This document shows, one piece after another, positions 48,501 through 59,900 of a stretch of 64,000 nt of DNA; within the stretch, counting starts at the first letter, position 1, and each line of letters begins with the position of its first letter. This DNA comes from Vitrella brassicaformis CCMP3155. Its lineage: Eukaryota; Protista; Chromerida. The stretch is from positions 1 to 64,000 of the forward strand of contig CDMY01000954.1 in assembly GCA_001179505.1 (NCBI GenBank). Reading direction: 5' to 3'. The notes under the pieces were generated by a model. It was given only the letters and a program-made list of their open reading frames with translations. It searched no databases and was not told the DNA's origin. Position numbers and translations under genes: made by a program.

Positions 48501-49650
48501 GCTAGGGAGGCCAGGAAGGTCGAGCCAGCCGGGGAGAGTTGCGAGCTAGTCAAAACTCCCCCGGGAGGGCTTGAACCTCCGACCTTGCGGTTAACAGCCG
48601 CACGCTCTAACCAACTGAGCTACGGAGGATGCATATTGGTAGGTGGACACCTCCCAGTACATCCCTGTGTTTGTTCTCTTCGTTGCCGGCGTTCGTGTCA
48701 GTTTGACGCGGCGTTTGGTGAGCTGCCATTCGAGGTGACGTTCGATTACTTCGGCGAGACCAAGGTGAGCGCAAGGCAGGCAGGCCAATCGATGGGCAAT
48801 GAGCAGCAGGACGGCGATGGGTAGATCTGTCTTTCTCTGACTGTGTGTGTGTGTGTGTGTTGTGTGTCAGACTGTGGAGCTGACAGAGGGCGGGTCTGAG
48901 AAGACACTCACATACGACAACAGACAGGTCACACACAGACACGGACACGCACACAGACAGGCAGACAGACAGACAGACTGACACATTCGGCCACGCAATT
49001 GTCTGTCTGCTTTGACTGACTGTCTTGTTCTGTCTGTCTGTCTGTGCACAGGATTATGTGGAGCTCTACACTCGTTACCTGTTGGTGGACAGCGTCAAGG
49101 AGCCCATCGAGCGCTTCTGCAAGGGATTCAGGGGCGCCGCCCATTCGGAGCTCATCACTGTCGTCACGCCCAGCGAGCTGCAGCTCCTGATGTGCGGGAC
49201 GCCGCAGCTGGACTTTGAGGAGCTGAGGAAGGGTGCACGCTACGACGGCGGCTACACTCCCGACCACCCATACATCAACACCTTCTGGCAAATCCTCATG
49301 GTATGCATGTCAGCTCAGCGCAGCGCACCCCACACTGTGACACTGCCGTCCGGTCCGGTGTGATGTGATGCTGGGTTGCCATGGTTGGTGATGTGTGGCT
49401 GCAGAGTTTTGATCAGGAGCACAAGCGCAAGTTCCTGATCTTCTGCACCGGCAGCGACCGAGCGCCGCTGGGCGGCCTCGAGGATCTGAGATTGCTCATA
49501 CAGCGCAACGGCACTGAGCCGACGGTGCGGCTGCCGACGGCATACACGTGTTACAACGCCCTGCTGCTGCCCGAGTACGCTGACGGCGACAAACTGCAGA
49601 AGCTGCTCGTGCAGGCAATCGAGCAGGCCGAGGGATTCGGACTCAGATAG
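42956..49650 (+). CDS. RCC1-repeat plus HECT E3 ubiquitin ligase (small HERC-like)
   Basis: RCC1 repeats (VACGQGFTIVL...GDGGQGCLGHG; VACGVNHCMAL...WGKCRDGQLGLG). HECT domain (KPLKIKFENEEGVDEGGVLREFY; FCTGSDRAP; LPTAYTCYNALLLPEY with the catalytic Cys). Stop TAG 49648-49650. Confidence 0.93.
45537..45576. repeat. Intronic (CAGA)n microsatellite, representative of hundreds of intronic CA/TG, CAGA, GATG, GGCA and GGGA tracts across the window
   Basis: cagacagacagacagacaaacagacagacagacagacagaca. Confidence 0.95.
48556..48629 (-). tRNA. trnN-GUU: tRNA-Asn (anticodon GTT), intron-less, nested antisense in a HERC intron
   Basis: Reverse complement TCCTCCG TA GCTC AGTTGGTTA GAGC G TGCGG CTGTTAA CCGCA AGGTC GGAGG TTCAAGC CCTCC CGGGGGA G. 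All four stems pair, A and B boxes are intact, and a TTTT Pol III terminator follows. Confidence 0.97.
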
Positions 49651-50231
49651 ATAGAACGAGGCAGGCAGACATTTGGGGAGGCCGGTTGGTTGGTTGGCGT
49701 ATGTATTTGTGAGGGGTGTGGTGTGCGCTGCGCGTTTTTTGTCGCGTGTGTCGCTGGATGTGATGTGGGCTGCTGCTTCCGTGCCTCCATACCTACCCTA
49801 CCTACCTGGCTGGCTGCAGTCACTGGTGTGTGCAGACCAGACCCCGACCGACTGGCATCCATGTGTGATGCTGGCTGCGTTTGTGTGAACGTGTGTTGAG
49901 TGAATCGAATGCATCCATCGCACACTTGCGAGGGAGGTGCCAGTTAGTCTGCCTGTCTAGTATACAGAGGGATTCATTCAGTCATGGCAGTTGGCTGCCA
50001 CACACGCATGTATACCATCACCATACCCATCCCTGTCGGCCCTCGCTCATGCGGGCGTCAGGTCATCACTCACTGCCGCCCGCCGTCACGTGGACGCTGC
50101 CCTGATTACATGCGTGGCACGACGCATGGACAAGGCACGAGAGTAGACACAAGCTTGCGTGAGTCGCAGCCATCATCTCTCTCTAGACGCAGTTGTCTTG
50201 TCTGTCGATCTGTCTGTCTGCAGTGTATCAG

Positions 50232-51119
50232 TCAGTATGAGGTGTCGCGCTTGCCGGTTTCGCCCCAGATGCCCCACTTGTACCCCCATGGGAAACACGA
50301 CACCACAAAGTGCATCAAGAAGCCCGGCCACACCCACCGCACCCACGATATCGCACCGCCAGCAGACATCAAAGGCTTCTGATACCTGATTGTTGCAACA
50401 CACAACACACCACACCACACGCCATCCATCCCTCTCCCTCTCCCTCTCTCTGCCCACCCCACCCTGTGTTGTGTGTGCATGGCTGTAGGGGCGTACCAGA
50501 GGTCTTCGTGCCGGATGACCTCGCCCCCTTCGCTCACGTCGAGGTACACATAGCTCGGCAGCACGATCTCCCAGTCCTTGAACGGCCCCTGCGGCTTGTA
50601 CTTCTGCACCACGTCGATAACAATGCCGTTGGGGAAGCTCGTCGGCTCGAACTTGAGCGTCTCGACTGTGCAGGTCTTGCGCAGCAGTAGGAAGAGCGAC
50701 ATGATGGCCTCCTTGCCGCGCATGGCCACGCTGGGGTCGTCGAACCAGGCGTCATACCGGTAGATGCTGAAGGCCGGGTCCATGCGCGTCAACGCAAACC
50801 GCAGCGAGTAGATGCGCCGGATCTTGTCGACGATCTCCCGGTGGTGGTCCATCACGACGCCCCGCTGCGGCTTGACGTTGCTGCCCGGCGAGTAGACATG
50901 CTTGTAGGGCACCCCAGTGGTCGTCTGGCTGAGGTCGGCGTCGTCACTGTCGGCGCCGGATGGGACGTCGTCGAGGACGTTCCATCGCCTGCTGAAGGGC
51001 ATGAAGGGGTAGGCGAGGCTGGCGCCCCAGACGGCCACGACGCCGGCGAAGCAGGGGTAGACGTAGTCCATAAACAGGCCCGCCGCAATGCGGTCCGTCG
51101 GGTGAATGGGGCGGCGCAT
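50232..51119 (-). CDS. NTF2/SnoaL-like fold protein with N-terminal hydrophobic segment
   Basis: YRYDAWFDDPSVAMRGKEAIMSLF...IVIDVVQKY...LPSYVYLDV...VIRHEDLW|YQKPL. In-frame 111-nt intron 50386-50496. The start codon is uncertain. Confidence 0.7.
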   Translation of the reverse strand: MRRPIHPTDRIAAGLFMDYVYPCFAGVVAVWGASLAYPFMPFSRRWNVLDDVPSGADSDDADLSQTTTGVPYKHVYSPGSNVKPQRGVVMDHHREIVDKIRRIYSLRFALTRMDPAFSIYRYDAWFDDPSVAMRGKEAIMSLFLLLRKTCTVETLKFEPTSFPNGIVIDVVQKYKPQGPFKDWEIVLPSYVYLDVSEGGEVIRHEDLWYAPTAMHTQHRVGWAERGRGRGMDGVWCGVLCVATIRYQKPLMSAGGAISWVRWVWPGFLMHFVVSCFPWGYKWGIWGETGKRDTSY

Positions 51120-51210
51120 GGCAAGGCACCAGACTGCTCATCAAAGATCAGACTCAGGAAAGCATCACGCAGCGCTTCTCTTATCGTTTTGAGCAATCTC
51201 CCCTCCCCTG

Positions 51211-51221
51211 TGCGAGCTTAG
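51211..51221 (+). promoter_or_regulatory. TGCGAGCTNAG motif in the NTF2-like/SET divergent intergenic region
   Basis: TGCGAGCTTAG, followed by a second partial GCGAGCT at 51226-51232. Confidence 0.5.
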
Positions 51222-51472
51222 AATGGCGAGCTCGGGAAAAACGGCCTGGGGCACGAATCACAGGGGCCTGCAGCTCAATTTGCTGCAGCTCTTCTCCCTG
51301 TGTCACCTTCTCCGACGTCTTCTCCGTTGAGTGAAGGCGCAGTGACCCCCAAAGTGCGCCTTCGTTCGCCTGTCCTGCCTCCAGTACGCAGCAAAGAAAG
51401 AACGGAGACCTTTGCATGCAATTTGACGGCTTCTGTGTGTCTGCTGTGTCTGCGTCATGCAGGCCTGCCTGG

Positions 51473-53520
51473 ATGGCCGCCGAGAGGCCGCCCCGTGGGC
51501 GGCCGAGGGAGTGGCCCCGAGGCGTGACCCATCTGCACGGCACCTGGATGACCACAGACGGCATTCAGGCACTCGAAGCATGCGTCAGCCCCAGCACCAG
51601 GAAGGCATCCTGGAAATCAAAAGGGAAGCTACTCGCGGCGGCCAACAGCGGCAGGGCGGCCACCGTGGCTGCCGACAAGGCAACCAAGATCAACGCGCCC
51701 CTCAGCAAGCGGCGTGTCAACGGCCTTGACTACTACGGTGTGTCGTTCCCATTGCCGGCCTCGCAGCGGCGGAATATCATGAATAGCATCGAGCTGACGC
51801 CCTACACGGGAGTGGACGCACACCATCTCAAGGAACAGATTGCCGACGCCCTCACCAGCGACTCGTCCTGCAACTACACGCGCGTCGAGAGGATCAGGGA
51901 CCCCCACCATCCCGCATACACCTCCGATACGCCATCCTATCGGGCGGTGCTGTGCTTGCCTAGGCAGCAGGAGCGCATCGGGGCGAACTGTATGGTGGGG
52001 ATGCCCTACGGTGGCTTGCTGAGGACTGAGGAGGAGTGTGAGAAGCTGAAGGAGGCCGACCGGCTGTCATGGCGGTATGTGTATCGGCTGGAGGAGCCCT
52101 GTGAGGGGTTTGTCATCGACGGACTGGACGCCCGCAACGCTGCAGGTCAGGTCCCTACCATACCCCACAGACACGCATGACGGTGTTGTTCGTATGGGTC
52201 TTTCTTTCTGATTGCGCAGGGTGCATCAACGATCCTCATTTCTTCATCAAAGACCGTGACTCCAACGTGTACTCAGTACGTGCAAAGCAATGTCGATTAT
52301 ACTCCTGCTGCGCACATCAATTGGAGGAGTGGAAATCTCGTTTGACTCGTCAGCAACCCCTGAGCATTTGGGGCATTCCGTATGTCTTCATCCTCACCGA
52401 GCGGCCGATCAGCGACGGGGAAGAGTTGCTCCTCGACTACGGTGAGGAGTACTGGATAGAGCTCAGCCAGGCACACGCCAAGACAGCCACCGAGCTGAGG
52501 AAGGAGGTACGAACCGGGCCGTGGTGGGCGGGGGACTTGATTGACGTAACCAAGGGGCCACAATCCGTGTTGGTGTATTTGTTGCGGTGGTCATCAGGTG
52601 CGTCGCTTGTCAAATCAGCTCGAGGGGGTGGATCGGCTGCTGGCGCTCGAGGAGGCCCGCCAGGTCGACGGGTCCATGCAGACGGATCCCTCCGTCAGCC
52701 ACACAGCATCGCAGACCGCACACGACACCCAGGACGGCTTCGAGTGCCCCTGCCAGCAGCCAGCCAGGCAGCATGCAGCCGTCGGCGTGAATACCGACGG
52801 CATCGAATGGACTCCTGTACCGACGCAACGAAAGAGACGGCGCGATGAGGAGGACCAAGAGGAGGAAGACAGCGACTATCTCGGCGATGGCGAGTCCTCT
52901 GAAGGTGCCCCCAGCTGTGCCGCGAGCGTCACGGATGACAGTAAGTACCAGCCGTCTCGTGACCCAGCCCGTGAGGCGAGGGCGGTCTTCCGTGAGCTAA
53001 AGAGGGAGGGCGGGGCAGAGCTGCCGGCTGGGCTAACAGGCGATTGTGAGGTGATGGGTTGCGTCGAGGCACTCGTCTTCGACGACGATGACGATGCTGC
53101 TAGCGATGATGCGGCCGACAGTGCGACAGAGGATGCGGCCGATAGCGTGATGGATGAGGAAATGCTCCTGGCGACTGGGGTGGTCGAGGAGGAAGAAGTG
53201 GAAGAGCCCCCGACGAGCAACGACCAACTAAAGCCCATCGATCCACAGCACAGGTCAGTCAGCACAAGAGAGAGAAAGGCGTCGAGTGCATGTGGCGGTG
53301 TGGAGAGCTTCCTGTGGTTGTCGTCTTTGTCAGGCCGTGTTCAGTGCGTGTCGACGCTGGGGCCACACAAATGCGACACCACCGACTCGATTGCGACACA
53401 TCGGCGGCGGCAGCAGCAGCTGAGTGTGTCGTCAGCGCCGCTGTTGAGGACCATCGTGCTGCCAAGATGGCGAGGTCACAAGCGATCCTGATGCAGCATG
53501 CGGGTGCCGGCTGGGAGTGA
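51473..53520 (+). CDS. SET-domain protein (putative lysine methyltransferase) with acidic low-complexity C-terminus, 4 exons
   Basis: RIRDPHHPAY, MPYGGLLRTEEE, FVIDGLDARNAAG|CINDP, YVFILTERPISDGEELLLDYGEEYW. Exons splice in phase; TGA at 53518-53520. Confidence 0.8.
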
Positions 53521-53915
53521 TGGTGCTAGCACTGTATGTGTGTTTCGTGTACAAAGCGGTGGGTGCGGTGCATGTGGATACGTGAGATGCTTGTGTGGTG
53601 GTGTGTGGGTGGATTTGGTTTATGTATGTATTGGCAAACGAAACGGGTAGATGTTTGAGAGACAGACAGCAGCATGGCGTGGGGTGTGGGGTGTGGGGGG
53701 GCTGATGAAATGACCTGTCATGTGTGTGTGAATGTGTTAATGTCAACGAACGTATTGCACGGCTGGGTGTTGACATTAACATGGCCCCACACACATATGG
53801 ATGGACACACCACAGCTCAGCTATGGATGTCTCTGTCGCTCTGTGTGTGTGTGTGTGTGTGAGATATGTGCAACAGGTCCGTCGATCAGTTTGTGTTCGG
53901 ATCTGCAACCCATCG

Positions 53916-53937
53916 CCCTAAACCCTGACCCTAACCC
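53916..53937. repeat. Short degenerate telomere-like repeat (CCCTAAA CCCTGA CCCTAA CCC)
   Basis: Seen directly, about 47 nt upstream of the ATG at 53984. Confidence 0.5.
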
Positions 53938-53983
53938 ACACCTTCTTTTTTGGGGCCCAAACCCGCCCATCAATTCGGACACG

Positions 53984-56900
53984 ATGAGGGAAGAGAGGTG
54001 CCATTGCAATGGCAACCCTCAAGCCTCCGGCGGCACGAGGCGGACAGCAACACCGGCCCCGTCAGACGCGCCAGCGAAGGAGCGGTGGAGGTCAACACGA
54101 TGGAGGCGAGTGTCGCTGAAGCCTCATGCCACAGCTGCAGTCGGTGCGGCCGTGGTTGCCAGCACCCTGGCAGTGCTATCATCGCCACATCATGTGTGGG
54201 GACTGAGCAGAGGTGTGCATTCACGTTGCAAGCATATCGGTAGACGCACACAGACAGACGATTTGCAATGTGGGTGATGGCTGCTGCAGGTGAGCATCGG
54301 ATAGGCGGGAGAAGAGGTGTGAGGGATGCAGAGGATGGCGTGTCTTTCGTTGACGCTTTTGATGGGCCTTCTCCACCAGGGGACTTTCGAAGAACCCAGT
54401 CTACATTTGCACAAGCGCTGCACCGCCTTGACTCATCGCTGTCGGCAGCAGCTGCCATCAGCCGCCATCTTCCCCACAGCTCCCGGCGGATGGGTGGCCG
54501 CAACGTCTCATCACTGGTCCAGCTGGACCAGACGACACGAGAAGTGGAGCTGAGAAAAGGCGCGGCCCACGATTGGCCGACGCTTCATGTGGATAACGTC
54601 GATTTCACTGAGGCTTTCAAGATCCTGACTATTCAGGGCATGACGTTTATCGCAGCTCGTGAGCTGCTCAAGGTCAACCAGGAGACCAAGGAGGTGCAGC
54701 GATGGAAAGACGCTCTGACATCGAAAAGAGTGGACACGGGCCTGGTGCCCCTCCCGGACCATGAGGCACCCGTCTACTCCGAAGGGTATGGATGCATCAC
54801 TCATGCACAGCGACCCACTCACCACTCTCGTGAATGTATGCAGCTTTGGCGTTCGTTTCTCGGGTGGTGATAGCGGCAACAGCGGGCCATTCCTGGTCAC
54901 CGAAGAATCGTCATTTTACGTCGGCAAGAACCTACAGATTCTTGAGCCGGGCTTTACCGTCTTCCTCTATCTGAACTTTGCACAAGAGGGTATGAATAGG
55001 GAGACCATTCTCTTCGACAGCCAAACAGGTGGGGCAGGAGCACGGAGACATGGATGAGCGGGGCACCTGCAATCCGTCCTGCTGGTGCTCGCACTGATGC
55101 AGGGTTCAAAATCTTCACTGCTCCCGATCCAAAGAAACGTATCGGCCACATGCTGTTTGGTGTCTTGATCGGCAAGACGGAAGGGACCAAGCAGCAGCGC
55201 ATCTTCGTGGAGGCGTGCTGGGGGAGGCCGACTCTCTACACTGTGGCCATCAACCCCCACTCCACAGGACGACTCAAGGTAGGCAGGCCGATACACACAC
55301 GCCCACAAAGAGATCGTTTCATTTCTTCTGTGGCCTGTCTGCCTGCGCATGCACAGGTGACTATACTACGTGAGAAGGACGACTTGTTGGGCCCTCAGGG
55401 TCTGGTCAACCTCGACGAGACCGACGCTGAGCTGTCCAAGCCAGGGCGCTTCTACATCGGAGCCGATGAGCAGGGCTCCCACTGCTTTCACGGTTCTCTG
55501 CAGGTGATGGTGGTGCAATTTCGCGGCTTCAGCAAAACCCAACTTGTGCAAGCCATTGACGAGATCGAGCAGACAATCTTGGGTACGGATGCTGATCAAT
55601 GGGGACACACATGGATGGATCCATGCGTCGCTTCTTGCAGTTCGAAAGGATGTGTGCGGTGATGGTGTCGTGGGTGGCATGGAGGAGTGCGACGGAGACG
55701 ACAACTGCTCATGCAACTGCCAAAGTGCGATAGAACACGTTTCACGTGTATGCGTGTTGTTCTCACACCGCACGCCTCCCTGCCTGTTTGCAGAGATGTG
55801 TCCCCCCTGGCCCCAGTACGAGGGTAAACACAAGTTCCTCGACAAGCACCTCAAGCTCGTGGCCGGCGCGGGGTCCACTGGCCGCGAGGTGGGCGACTAC
55901 CGCTACATCGAGTGCCAGCAGGGATTCACGTCGGCATTCCGCTTCCTTCATAAAGAGACCATCACGTGTGAGGAGGGCGGCAACTGGGCACACCCCCTGC
56001 TCACGTGCCAGCGGAACTGCCCCACCAAATTCAGTGATGCCGACCCCCGCAACCATCAATATTTGGTGGCGGGGCCGACGGAGGAGAGGCGGCATGGGAC
56101 GCACCTGACTGTGAGCTGCAAGGCTCGGTTTACAACAGCTGAGGGGGTGCCTGACAAGCCGCGGGTCGTCAAGTGCCTCAATGGACACTGGACCAACCCT
56201 GGACTGCAGTGCTTCGGTACGGTACAGACACACACCAGATTAGCCAGCTCACAGTGCACGAATCGTGTCCACTGCAGCTGACTGTCCCGAGTACGCCGAT
56301 CTTGGCCAGAATCTCTATCGAGTGGAACCTGAGCGGGGCAAGGGGCCGCTGCGGCATGGCTCCATCCGCAACATCACCTGCGTTCCCCCGGCTGTTCCCA
56401 GCGGCAACTCGTCTTACGCCATTGTCTACTGCCTGCACGGACGATGGCAAACCAGACAATTCAGCTGCGAAAGTGAGTGACCGACAGACAGCACTGGATT
56501 GCCATCTTCATCCATGAGTGTACGTGTGTATGCTGCAGTGCGCTGCCGCACCTACGGGCGTCCGCCGCCGCCCTACCGCATTGTGCGGACGTCCAAGAGT
56601 GACTTCTCTGTGAAGCCCCCCAAGCACAACCTGATGGAGCTGACGTACAACGGCGACTGGATCGACGTCGGTTGCAACCCCGACGAGAGCGCACCGGCCT
56701 GCCGCAATGAGGGCAAGAACTGCTCGGGCGACCCCACACGCATCTGGTGTCTCGGCGGCATGTGGACACAAAACAATCTGCAGTGCCTCTGTGAGCTGCC
56801 TGCCCGACACAGACAGACAGGATGAGCTCCAACCAATCGATGTGTCTTACGTTGTGTTGTGTGGTCGGCCTGGGCTGCTTCAGACAATTGCCCGCCATTT

Positions 56901-59900
56901 GAGGAGTTCCCTTTAATGAACACCAAGGGCCACAGCGGGCTGCCCGACCGCTACCGCCTCCAATTCGGCGGCAACAAACACGGCGACTTCTCCAAACTGT
57001 TCTGCAATAACGGCTACTCGTCGGCCACAGCGGGCATGGAGTTTCAGACCATCAAGTGCTGGAATGGCACATACGATACTGTCGGCCTCGATTGCCGCGC
57101 CGACTGCGCAACGCCTCCCCGGCTGCCGGAAAAGGGCTACAGACTCACCGGGACTGGCATACGACATAACGACAAACGGGTGCTGGAGTGTGATGCCAGC
57201 GCTGGATACGCCAGTATATCTGAGGTCAAGTTGGAGAACATCACCTGCATCGACGGCATCTTCACGGGCCGGACGCTGCAGTGTCGCCAGGAATGCCCGA
57301 AGGGCTACCTTGTGTACCTCATTGCAACCGGATACAAGCTGCAGAGGCTCAGCCGCCTACATCCGCCGGCCAACGCCAGCGAGACGGAGGCTGGCGGGAA
57401 CGCCACTGAGCTATCGGGTGGGGGCGACCAGACGTTGGCCAGCCAGTTATCCGAGGCAGAGACCGGCTTGAAGAAGCATGCCGACATTGACGAAACGAAA
57501 TACGACATGGTCAACCTGACGGTCAGCAATCTCCCTCTCACATTGCGCCCAAACACAGAAATATCGGCGAGGTAAACGAAGAGCTTTCCAATACAGGAGA
57601 CACAGGAGACAAGGCACCTGACCCCACTTTGTTGGCGCATGCAGGTGCGACATCGAAGCGGGTTATTCGCCAGCTGATTTGACGCCAACGTCAAGCGACG
57701 AGGCCATCCAGACGAGGGAGCCAGTGCGCGTCATCTGTCTCGGCAGCGACGATCCCATGCTAGCGTTCTCGAAGCTCAGCCTGGAATGTGCTGGTCAGTA
57801 TGCTGTGATCATCCCGTCCAAAGGATAGATACCACCCACATGTGTGTGATGCTGTGCAGCATCGTGTGACACTGCCCCGCTGAGGAAGCTCAACGAGGTG
57901 CCCAACTACCAGATGGTGTGGTCCTTCCGATGGGGCGATCGCCGCGAGGTTGGCAAACTGTACAGCCCACAGGACATCCTGGAAGGGGCCCTGCCGCCCC
58001 GCATGTACCACAACGCCATCGTGAGGATGTCGTGTTCAGAGGGCTACGCGTCTCGCACGCTCAACGCCACGGGCTATCCTGGCTCCGACCGCGACCGTCT
58101 CGAGTGTATTAAGGGCAACTGGACCAAGAGAACCCTCACGTGCGCGGCGGCGTGCCCCGACTATCCCGAGCTGCCGGCACAGTACAAAGTGGAGGCCTTC
58201 CCCGAAGCGGGGGCCAAGTTCCACGGGGCAAAGCGGTGGATTCGATGCGATCCCGAGCTGTCGTCGTCGACCACTGACATGCAGCAAGATGAGGTGACGT
58301 GTGACATGTGTCAACGGCTTCTGGACTCAGAAGAGCATCGTCTGCAAAAGTCAGTGAGACATACGTACACGCGAGCCGGCCAGCGGAGGCACGATTACAT
58401 TGTCATTTGTTGCCTTGTTGTCGATGCATCCGTGCAGATCAGTGTCCCGAGATCAAAACCGTCGATGTTGAGCGGTACCAGCTGAACCAGACGAGGGCAA
58501 CGGTGACACGGTGACGCAGAAGAAGCGCGGCCATGGCGCCACGTACATGATTCAGTGTGCCAAGAACTACTACGCGGCCTCGGGTGAAGATCCCGACTAC
58601 ATCAAGTGCAACGACGGGAAATGGAGTGCCTTCCTTCTCGTCTGCATGGGTGAGGACTGCCACTCGATTGCGTCAGTCCTTGATGTCTCCACCTTGATGT
58701 GTCCAGAAAACTGCAAGGGCCTGCCTCGGTACGAGTTTCGTTATGTGGCGACCCCGATAGAATCCCCGTCGGGCACCGCCCCGGTGTATCGACACAACGC
58801 CCGGTTCAACGTGACCTGCGCCCCAGGGTTCGGCCGCATCGAGGGCCCTGCGGAGGGGTGGGAGGTCATCAAATGCATCGACGGCGGATATGTCCAGAAG
58901 ACACTCAGATGCGGGAGTAAGTCAGCCAATCGAAACGATCTATGACGCAAGAGCCACATGGGTGTTTCGTTCATCAATCAGAGGACTGTGAGGGCGAGTT
59001 TCCCTACAAAGAGGGCTACATCTTCTCCGCTCCCGCCGGCCACATGCCTTACTACTACGACCAGCCTCCATGGGAGTCCCGCAACGCATCCGCGAACGCG
59101 TCCACGCCCACCGGCTTCATTGGCCAGCAGCAGCAACTCACGCCCATCGCGTGGGGGCCCAACATGATACAGAAGGGGGCAACTGACAAGTGTGTCAGCC
59201 ACAGTGGCGCTCGAAGCAGCAGCACAACGACTGTGTCACCCCAACTCGAGTGCGCGCTAGACGGTGCGTCGCAGCTGAGCGCTGCGGATGAGACACTACC
59301 ATGGCCCCAGCACCCTCCACACAGCTTCTTCGAGCACGCGAGAGAGCTGCATGTCATATGGCTGGACCAGCCTTCACAGAGGGGCCTTAGTACCGGACAA
59401 ACTCCAAGCCACAGTACGAACGATACACGAAGAACAAAGCAACGAGCAGCTTCCCGGTTGATGTCTCTGTCATTCAGTGAGGAATGTGGCAGTGAAGAGG
59501 CATGCATATCAGAGCAGCACACAGAAAGAGGCGAGTGCCAGTCGAGCTGTGGATGGCAACCGCAACACGGACTTCAGAAGCGAATCATGGTACGAATGCC
59601 GCCTTGAGGTGATGAGATAGAGCTGACTCACTGACTCAAACAAACACGCCACTCGAATGAATCAATCCCCTGTGGTGCACTGTGGTATGTCTCTTTGACT
59701 GCAGTGCTGAGACCGACCCGAACTGGCCAGAGGCTAATCCATGGTGGGTGAGCGGCTGCTGGCCAATCAATCCGTGCTATTTCTTGACACCTGCCGTCTG
59801 CCAGGTGGTATGTGGACCTAAACGAGACAAATGACGTCAACAACGTCGTCATATACGCCGACAGTGTCAAGTTCCGCGAGTAAGCCAGACGGACTTATAC

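Noticed and set aside
58469-58471. TGA between the two micro-duplications as selenocysteine or read-through
   Set aside because: It lies in the shifted frame, which has already lost the Sushi Cys/Trp pattern, so decoding it would not restore the module.
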